A stretch of 64,000 bases of DNA from a virus, in the IMG/VR virus record IMGVR_UViG_3300008416_000001; one strand, written 5' to 3'. Below the pieces are notes generated by a model. That model did no database searches. It saw nothing but the letters and a program-made list of their open reading frames with translations, and was not told where the DNA came from. The translations under genes were made by a program, and so were the position numbers. Shown here in pieces: positions 56,300 to 64,000 of this stretch (within the stretch, counting starts at the first letter, position 1; each line of letters opens with the position of its first letter).

Positions 56300-57442
56300 T
56301 TAGCCAAGCAATTGAGCTGTATGCTCAGGCTTGATGTTTTTAACGCCCCAAGATAGACCAAGCTCATAATGAACTTGACGATACTGACGATAAACCGACA
56401 GTTCGAAATTGAGACCAGAGCGAGGGTCAGTAACCATCATGCGGTCATCTGCCGAATCACCGCCGTCAGGAAGTGCAGGCATACGAGAAGCGAGAACGAT
56501 AGCCGAGGGAGCGAAGCCCATGTTCTGGACAGCATCAGCGCCAATGGTCATAGCGGTAGCAGAAGTTGTGATAGCAACACGCAGACCAGGAGCAGCAAGA
56601 GTGATGACACCAGGAGCAGCAACGCCGGTTGTTACGAGGTACTTGTTCGTATCACCAGCGAATGTGACGACATCACCAGCAACAACAGTACCTGAGCCGG
56701 TAATCAGAGTGATTGCCGTGTCGCCTACAGAGTAACCAGCGGTATCTGTCGTGTAGCTTGTGCCTGTACCTTTGGTTGCATCTACTACTTGAGCAGACTC
56801 ACTGATAGCGAATCCTGCTGTGTCAAGCAGTACACCTTGACGAAGCATGGTATCTTGACCGGCAATGTCCATACGTGACTGGAAGCCGATCAGGTTCGCG
56901 CCGGCGGTTGTATCAATGACCATACGATTGCCGACACCAGGAGCGCCGTTATCCTTCAGGATCTTGGCCAGCAATGAGGCATCTGTAAAGTTCCCAGCGG
57001 TAGCGAATGGAGTAGTACCAGCAGCACCAGCAGCGCGGCTAAACGTGCTAGATAGTGCACACAGGTCCGTCTCTACCTCATTTGTCAACGTGCGAAAAGC
57101 TTGAGCAATCTGCTGTTGACGCATGTTCAGAGAACCGGGACCATTGTTGTTGACACCTAGAGTCTCTTCACCGTTCCAACGGAAAGGTACAGCGCGCGAT
57201 TTGGTGATTTGGATGTCTTTGTTCGTAAAGACCTGATCACCAGTGTCAGGAGCAGTAACTGCCGGAGTAATGTCAGCAGCGGCAGCGGCAGGAGCAATAT
57301 CTACTCGCACAGATTGTCCTACGGCTGCACGGTCTGCTGTTGCATCACGTGTGACGCCTGGAATCATGCCGACAAGTTCACGCGATACAACATCGAGTGC
57401 AGTATAAAGATCTGGGATGAGATTGGTCAGTGTATTTGCCAT
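56300..57442 (-). CDS. Major capsid protein (copy 2)
   Basis: Identical to 19974..21116. Confidence 0.88.
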   Translation of the reverse strand: MANTLTNLIPDLYTALDVVSRELVGMIPGVTRDATADRAAVGQSVRVDIAPAAAAADITPAVTAPDTGDQVFTNKDIQITKSRAVPFRWNGEETLGVNNNGPGSLNMRQQQIAQAFRTLTNEVETDLCALSSTFSRAAGAAGTTPFATAGNFTDASLLAKILKDNGAPGVGNRMVIDTTAGANLIGFQSRMDIAGQDTMLRQGVLLDTAGFAISESAQVVDATKGTGTSYTTDTAGYSVGDTAITLITGSGTVVAGDVVTFAGDTNKYLVTTGVAAPGVITLAAPGLRVAITTSATAMTIGADAVQNMGFAPSAIVLASRMPALPDGGDSADDRMMVTDPRSGLNFELSVYRQYRQVHYELGLSWGVKNIKPEHTAQLLG

Positions 57443-57454
57443 TGTTTTTCTCCG

Positions 57455-57997
57455 TTAATCGTGGATTGTCCCGCCGCCTGATACATGCTTGGACTTATCG
57501 ACGGGTGACAGTGCATCGAATGCCTGTCTTGTGATTGAGTTGTCGCCGCCTTCACCTGGAGGACGATAGCCAGCGGGGTCGGTCTTCTGCCCTGCAAGTT
57601 TCCTCGCTAAAGACAGTCGTGTTGATAGCGGCAAAGATTCATCCGAAACGTCAGCCCTCAATGCTTCAGGGACTTTAGCAAGGATTGACTTGAACTCTTC
57701 TTCATCGCGCTTCTGGTAGGCGTCAAGCTGATCTTTCATGCCATCAATCTGAGTCGTCTGGTCTGTGAGCAAAGTTTCTTTCTCACCAAGGATGCCACGC
57801 AATTCTGTAAGGTCTTCTGAATTTTTAACCTTATCGGTTTCATCGCGTTGCTTGATCTCTGACAATTCATGCCTGAATGTAGCCGCCTCACCATTTGCCT
57901 TCTGTGTCGCATCGGCGATCATCGTCTCGACTTGCGCCTTTGTGAATGTTGCTTCGATTGTTGTTTCCACTACCGTCTCGGTATTGGCCTCTGACAT
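57455..57997 (-). CDS. Scaffolding protein (copy 2)
   Basis: Identical to 21129..21671. Confidence 0.75.
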   Translation of the reverse strand: MSEANTETVVETTIEATFTKAQVETMIADATQKANGEAATFRHELSEIKQRDETDKVKNSEDLTELRGILGEKETLLTDQTTQIDGMKDQLDAYQKRDEEEFKSILAKVPEALRADVSDESLPLSTRLSLARKLAGQKTDPAGYRPPGEGGDNSITRQAFDALSPVDKSKHVSGGGTIHD

Positions 57998-58855
57998 CTC
58001 GTCACCTCTTCGGGCATCTCGCCTTTTTTTCAGGTTTATTCCAAACTGCCGGTGTAATTACTTGTCCTTCTTTAAACGTCATATCCTTTATGTAAACGAA
58101 TGTCTCTATTTTAACTCGTTGTTCTTTTCTACCCATTTAGACACTCGCCTGAAAATGCTTTCAATGTCTTCTTTACTTAACGCGAAGAACACACGGCCTC
58201 TTTCTTCGTTCTGGAAAGCCTTAAAGCCTTGTTCTCCTGTTAATTGAACTATAGCTTCACCTTTGCGACCAAACGAGCGCATACCGCCTAACATCTTACC
58301 TGTGAATGAGAGGTTAGGTTTAGCACTGCGGCCTTTCTCGCGCCTAAGTTCAGCATAAGCTTTGCTATAAGGTGTAAATGCTTTATTCTGTGCATCCTCA
58401 CCTTGTGTTTCTGTTCTTTCTCTAACTTCTTTCTGTGCTGTGACTGCAACGCCTTTCCAGAACCTAACATCGGTAGGAGGCTTAAAAGTAATCTTCTCAG
58501 CTTTTATCTTTGTGTCGAAATCAATCAAGCTCACACTGTCACCACCTATTTAATCGTTCCATATTTCTCCAGACAAAAAGCTGAAACCTACCAATAAACG
58601 TAGGCACTTCGGTTGGTTCCTTAATAGTTATTACAACATCACCAAGCCTTTGCTCGTATTGGAAGCATCCTGCTACCATTACAGGTATATCGCTCCCTGG
58701 CAAAAAAGTCTCCAGGGCCACATAGCCAGCCTCTTCGTCAGCTATACAACATCTATCGGTGACTTCTTCATCATCAATAGTCACGGTGAACGTGGTGCCA
58801 TAAGGGCTATTAATGTATGCGTTATAACCTGGGTCGTTTCTGTAGCCTGATATTC

Positions 58856-59623
58856 TCATGCAGTCACCACTGGAAAGAGTTGGTGCCTACAGTTCCACCC
58901 GCCTGGAGTACCACCCCAATAAGGCTCACCGTCTGCACCTTCATGTTGTTTCCATTCCGACTCTGTTCTGACTGGATCAGATAACGCTTCTCTGCATTCT
59001 TCTCTGGTCACATCATCGTTCGGGCCGACAACTTGCCATTGAGTCGCGCCGATGTTCTCGCCGGCAATACGTAGGGTCTCACCACCGAAATCAAGGATAG
59101 CAGTGTTAGCAATTGTTTTGGCGTGATTGGCCATTGGGCTTCCCTTGCCATCAACACCCACTGTGGCAGCTCTCACGCTCTCTACCAGCGCACTAAAAGG
59201 CTGATTGCTCACCGCTTGCTTGTAAAGGCCTAGTCTCAGCTCGCTCATTGCGTTAGTTCCTGCAGCAGAGAACGCCTGAAGATCAGCCTTAGCAAGTCCA
59301 GCGAATATTTCAGCATCAGCAGTTGTAAACTTAGGAGGTGGAAGTTTCCTGTCAGTCATCGCCGTCGCTACTGTTGCAGGTATGCCTTGATATTCTTCTA
59401 CATAATCACGAGCTAGAGCGAAGTATCCAGAATCCCTCAACGCTTGCACCATCTGAGGCCTAGAGTTAAGAATGATAGCTGCATCAAATTCAGTGCGAGA
59501 AGTACGAGCGCCTGCAACAATGTCCACTACTCTTTTATCAAGATCTTTGAGAACAAGTAGAAGGGTCTCAGCATATTGTTCAGCGAGTTTATCTCCTGCT
59601 GTTAAGATTTTACTGTTCGCCAC
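58856..59623 (-). CDS. Minor head protein (copy 2)
   Basis: Identical to 22530..23297. Confidence 0.75.
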   Translation of the reverse strand: MANSKILTAGDKLAEQYAETLLLVLKDLDKRVVDIVAGARTSRTEFDAAIILNSRPQMVQALRDSGYFALARDYVEEYQGIPATVATAMTDRKLPPPKFTTADAEIFAGLAKADLQAFSAAGTNAMSELRLGLYKQAVSNQPFSALVESVRAATVGVDGKGSPMANHAKTIANTAILDFGGETLRIAGENIGATQWQVVGPNDDVTREECREALSDPVRTESEWKQHEGADGEPYWGGTPGGWNCRHQLFPVVTA

Positions 59624-60983
59624 TGACTATCCCTTGAAATGTCGGCGCTGTTATTGTTCCTTCTTCCTCAATTCTCAAGCGCTTTGCCTCTATTTCTTCC
59701 GGTGTAATGCTTGGATTCTTCTCTTTCCAGAAATCCTCTTTAGACAGAACACCGATGCCAAGTTCTTCCTTCCTGATATCGTGTGCTTCCTTCTCATTAA
59801 CAGGCAAGCGAGGTTCAGGAAACTTCACTGACAACTCTGAGTCTGCAGGCAATCCCCATTCTCTAGCATCGGATATGGCAAGAATAACTTTATACATGCG
59901 TTTCTCATAAGCTGTCGCGGCCTTCAATCGACTCCGGCGAGTCATCAGTGACCAGATTTCCTCAACTACTAACTTAAAACCTGAGTCAGCGCTTGCAGAA
60001 CCTGACACCTTGAGATTAACACCCCAATTATCAGCGATCATTGATTCGTATTCTTGAAACCATTCTTTAAACTTATCGAGGTTGATATCAGGAGCGCGAT
60101 ACTCAAGAAACACTGATTCGCCAGCCTCTTGCTTGACTTGCACAACAGCATCAGGACCAATCACCTGATCATCAAGTATCTTTGCATTAGTGAATAAAGC
60201 ACCGAAAGCTTGGAAACCTGCGTTGAAGGCAACTTCTGTTGAAAACATATTAAGCGCTTCATTTGCAGAAACAAGTTCTTCCCATGAACACTTCGGCCAG
60301 AAACCGCAGCGAGGCTTGTTAGTATCCCAAAGAACAGTGGCTGGAATGCTACCTATTTCATTCTCAATCTTGCTCAGTTCGCGGCAATCCATGACCTCAC
60401 CGCTTTTGTCTCTTTGAACTTCAAGGTCAATTATGTGGTGGCAGTCCCAATAATGATAAAGCTCGCCACCTCGCGGTCCACATCCGCCCGAGAAATATAG
60501 CAACGAGTCAACCTCGCCAGTCTTAAAGTTGTAATGAACGTCACAGTTACCGCGATGAAGAACGGAAAACATAAGCTTCTCTGGATCTTCATTCTCAGGC
60601 TTAACAGGTTGCGCAAGGAGTACAACTGATTTCAGGAGACGGCACACGCTGTCAGCGGAATCCATAACCGCCTCAAATTCGCCAGCGTCAAGAAGTTCTA
60701 AATAGAGCGCTGTTGCGTCTTCGTCAATCTCATCATTCACTAAAACTTGGCGCTCTGGTTGTTCGTTATAGCTAAGCGCTGAACGATCAACAATCTTTTT
60801 GGTAATATTTGTATAGAGAGGCTCGACACGTCTCCTACGCCATTGTTTAATGCCTTTCACGCTATCATCAAGTGTCTGCTCTAACCAATACAGCTGATAA
60901 CCATCATAGAAATCAAGGGCTTTTGATGCACTCTGAGTGTCACATGCTGCTAGATTATTGAGATGCGTTCTCCAGTGTGCCAT
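59610..60983 (-). CDS. Portal protein (copy 2)
   Basis: Identical to 23284..24657. Confidence 0.82.
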   Translation of the reverse strand: MAHWRTHLNNLAACDTQSASKALDFYDGYQLYWLEQTLDDSVKGIKQWRRRRVEPLYTNITKKIVDRSALSYNEQPERQVLVNDEIDEDATALYLELLDAGEFEAVMDSADSVCRLLKSVVLLAQPVKPENEDPEKLMFSVLHRGNCDVHYNFKTGEVDSLLYFSGGCGPRGGELYHYWDCHHIIDLEVQRDKSGEVMDCRELSKIENEIGSIPATVLWDTNKPRCGFWPKCSWEELVSANEALNMFSTEVAFNAGFQAFGALFTNAKILDDQVIGPDAVVQVKQEAGESVFLEYRAPDINLDKFKEWFQEYESMIADNWGVNLKVSGSASADSGFKLVVEEIWSLMTRRSRLKAATAYEKRMYKVILAISDAREWGLPADSELSVKFPEPRLPVNEKEAHDIRKEELGIGVLSKEDFWKEKNPSITPEEIEAKRLRIEEEGTITAPTFQGIVSGEQ

Positions 60984-62264
60984 TTAGCTAATCCTTATTG
61001 TTGGGCTTCCGTGTGCCGGGAACTCAATGTTTGTGTAATATCTCAGCGCCGTGGTAATATGTTGCGCGCTGTTTGTTTCATCCTCAATAAATGTCGAACC
61101 CTTCTTGAGTTGGACTGTCTTCAAACCTCTATCAACCGTTGGCGCTTTTTCAGGATTAACAAAGAATGATCGCTGGCCGTTTGCATTCAATATCTTGCCT
61201 CGGAGACTGTTCTGCCCGTCCCTTATAGCTGGGTTACCTAGAGGTACTTTGCGCTCTACCGTGAAACCGTTCTTTCTCAGCACTGTCTCGATCTCGATGT
61301 AATCTGACACATGGCCGTGTTTCTCACCAATTCTCCCTGAAGCATCACCAAAGAGAACAACCTTGCAATTCTTATGGTCCTTATACCTATCCACAAACTC
61401 TAGGCCTGTATCACGCGCAACAGCATGTTCCAATACGATTTCATCAACAGCATAAACCTTTTCACCTTCACGCTGAATGATTGCTGACGACATAGGGAGG
61501 AAGTTGAAGTCATGGGTCCAGTAGATTGTACCTGGGCTAAATTCTCTGGTCGTATGATTTTCATTCCCATAGTTATCATAAACACGTCCTGATGCTGTTT
61601 CAAAACTTGCCTCATATTCTTGCCTGTATGTCCGTGGGTCTAATCTTCTCTTTGCTGCGTCTATTTTCTTTTGGCTCAGAACATCGCTTGAATGCCAAGT
61701 ATGGAAAGACCAATCATCGTCTTGTCCGCTTCTCGCGTATTCTGCAACATCGTAGAAATGATTGAGTCCATCAGGTACGCCAATTATATCCGCGCCTGTT
61801 TCAAGTCCTTCAGTATCTAATGCTGGAGATATGTTCTCATCCCAAGCCTTCGACTTAGTGTCTGCAAACTCGTCAAGTATCCCCCATGTCCAGGGCGTCC
61901 CTTCTATCCTCTCAGGCTTATCAAGACCTATCAAGTGGACTTCGTTGTCATTGTCTAGCGTTATAATCAAGTCTGACTCGCTGACCTTTACAATAGCTGG
62001 CCTGAGTAAATCCTTAATGTCTTTCCAGTAAATGCGTTTAACTTGTCCGTATGTGGGCGCTGCAACGAAAAAAAGACCGTCTTCTGTGACAGTCTTCTTT
62101 GATAACCTAAGCTTTGCTATGTGTGTTTTACCTGATCGCCTACCGCATGGTGCAACATTGAACCTTGATTCACTCAGATAATACTTCTTCTGTGCTGGTG
62201 TAAGCGTCTTCAAGAGACTCAATAGCTTCGCGCAGCGTTTCGCTTCCTGTGGTGAGATTGACAT
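60984..62264 (-). CDS. terL: Terminase large subunit (copy 2)
   Basis: Identical to 24658..25938. Confidence 0.95.
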   Translation of the reverse strand: MSISPQEAKRCAKLLSLLKTLTPAQKKYYLSESRFNVAPCGRRSGKTHIAKLRLSKKTVTEDGLFFVAAPTYGQVKRIYWKDIKDLLRPAIVKVSESDLIITLDNDNEVHLIGLDKPERIEGTPWTWGILDEFADTKSKAWDENISPALDTEGLETGADIIGVPDGLNHFYDVAEYARSGQDDDWSFHTWHSSDVLSQKKIDAAKRRLDPRTYRQEYEASFETASGRVYDNYGNENHTTREFSPGTIYWTHDFNFLPMSSAIIQREGEKVYAVDEIVLEHAVARDTGLEFVDRYKDHKNCKVVLFGDASGRIGEKHGHVSDYIEIETVLRKNGFTVERKVPLGNPAIRDGQNSLRGKILNANGQRSFFVNPEKAPTVDRGLKTVQLKKGSTFIEDETNSAQHITTALRYYTNIEFPAHGSPTIRIS

Positions 62265-62559
62265 CCGATTTAGATTCTACCTTATCTGATTGGCCTAAAT
62301 ATTGTTTGCCAAGCCATATAAGCATTGTTGCGTTGCCGCCTTCAGCCGCTTTGTATTGCATCCTGCGTAATGAAGATTTACCGCCTGCTGCCTTCTTTTT
62401 TATATAGTCCGCACATGCTGTCTTATGGACCTCTTTGCATCGGCGCTCTAATGTGTCGTAACTGCATCCCAATACATCGGCTATTTCTTCCCCCGTGCAT
62501 TGTATCTTGCACAGTTCATCGACTATCTCCCAATCAATTTGTATTTTCTTTGCTGCCAT
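62170..62559 (-). CDS. terS: Terminase small subunit (copy 2)
   Basis: Identical to 25844..26233. Confidence 0.8.
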   Translation of the reverse strand: MAAKKIQIDWEIVDELCKIQCTGEEIADVLGCSYDTLERRCKEVHKTACADYIKKKAAGGKSSLRRMQYKAAEGGNATMLIWLGKQYLGQSDKVESKSDVNLTTGSETLREAIESLEDAYTSTEEVLSE

Positions 62560-64000
62560 ATCATATGCTCTTGTCCTGACCCTGAAAACCAGGCTCCGGT
62601 TAGGGAACCATAACACGGATGGTGAGATTTTTGGATAACTTACGTATTGTGCCATAAAAGTATAGCTTATTGTTTGTGGTTGAGTCAAGTGACTTTAATT
62701 ATTTATTACTTTCGATATGTGCAGACCGTCACCAATTAGATTTGCCTCCTTTACTCTATGCCAGAATTTCCAGATGATTGATCGTTCTACTGCTGTTCTT
62801 TTTCTCCTTGTGTCTGCCACTCTGGAATAATACACATTGTCAAGTGTTTTTCTCCATCCATCTTCTGCACAACCGAAGAAATCCATTCTCCATTCGTCCC
62901 AACATAATGACTTGTCTGATTTTGTCCCGGCAGATTCAACATCATGCGACCCTGTTTTGTATAAATTGGCCTCTTCTAGCAATAAGGCGGTTAGGTATAT
63001 GTCTCTCTTCTCCTCCATTGATAGTTTAGGTACCCTGCTCATGTGGCCTCCGGTAGCGGGTCTAGCGATTTCCAATGTGTCACATGCCCATATGTTTCAT
63101 TAAACTTTTTAGAATCAAACAATAAAACCTCTTGATAACGAACTGGTCCTTCAGTTCCCGTAGCCTGATACTGTGCAACGACAAGAACAAAAAGTCTCCC
63201 TTCGGGCAATCTATCTTTAACGCTAATCCATTCGCTCATCGTATTGCTCCCCTGGTTTCGTTGGTTCGGTGAGGGCTTGTTGGGCGATCTTGGCAACAAA
63301 TGTCGGACGCCCCGCATCCATGTGGCCATAGCCTATTTTGTCCTTAGCTATACTCTCCAAAGCAGCACGCAATCGCTGTGCTGTGGCTTGGGATTGCTTT
63401 TTGCCTTGTAAGTAATCAGAATTTTCAACCTGTAAAGATCGTATATAATCAGCTTGTTTGTCTGCCTCTTCTTCCAACTCCTTCACCTTGGCTTCGGCTT
63501 TCTCGGCGCGGAGTAAGAACTCTGTCGCTAAATTTGATTCGTCCTCAAGGTCTTTGAGTAACTCAGTTTCTCTCTGCTTCAACCTATCCACCTCTTCTTG
63601 GCTCTTGGCGAGTTCGGAAATATAATATTCTTCAACAGATGCGTGATAATTTTCGTCATGGCATTCTGGGCAAAGTCCGTTGATGATTGCTCCCCAGCGA
63701 CCGCAGTCACATTGCCCGGTTGTTGCACGATCCCAATCTTTGTGTACTCTTTTTGGTTTTTCCATCACTTCCTCCCTTTGTCGTGCTTTGCAGAAGCATC
63801 AGCGACTCCAATGGCCCATTTTAGAAATGCGGCCATTTCGGTATTGTCTGTGTGAAAAGAAATATTAATAGGTGGTGGATTTTTCGCCGCTTCCAGCACC
63901 GCTTCAACGGATTCTGAGAGGTGGCGGGTGTTGAACGCTTTAAGATTGTCTGCCTGGAGCTCTGACAATGTGTCTCTTCCATGCTCAGACCTATCATCGA

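Larger units (their letters stand above)
36327..64000. repeat. Unit 2 (partial, equivalent to 1..27,674) of the same genome
   Basis: Same ORFs at a constant offset of 36,326; the last ORF is cut by the window end. Confidence 0.97.

Noticed and set aside
1-64000. CRISPR array, IS element or rRNA
   Set aside because: No regularly spaced short repeats, transposase motifs or rRNA-like sequence; the only large repeat is the whole-genome duplication

Overview
The window holds about 1.76 head-to-tail copies of one complete 36,326-bp tailed-phage genome (siphovirus-like Caudoviricetes). Position n matches n+36,326: the sequence at 1 restarts at 36,327, and every ORF in the track recurs at that offset with the same translation. 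There is no host DNA, so this is a circular or concatemeric genome read through, or an over-extended assembly. Organisation per unit: (1) divergent sigma70-type promoters at about 33,640-33,740; (2) a rightward early arm with an XRE-HTH protein, membrane microproteins, a coiled-coil protein, a Rad52-like annealase, a minimal TGT/DpdA-like protein, YopX, NinB and RusA; (3) a leftward arm with a DUF968-like nuclease, C5 cytosine methyltransferase, replication initiator, SF4 helicase, stand-alone CHC2 zinc finger, HNH-AP2 endonuclease and Lar-like protein; (4) a late promoter followed by terminase, portal, minor head protein, scaffold, P22-like coat protein, neck, tail tube, a short tape measure, large beta/Ig-rich tail proteins, an M15 endolysin and a 3TM holin. 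I recognised no integrase, CI-like repressor, DNA polymerase, tRNA, CRISPR array or reverse transcriptase. The most interesting element is a cassette at 889-2110: a promoter, a switch-like leader RNA, two microproteins, an orphan TGT-fold gene and a pseudoknot-like RNA. Also notable are a 21-aa membrane peptide where tail-assembly chaperones normally sit, and a candidate Q-like late regulator. All family assignments come from motif recognition by eye; no database search was run. Features are listed for copy 1, plus the main genes of copy 2.
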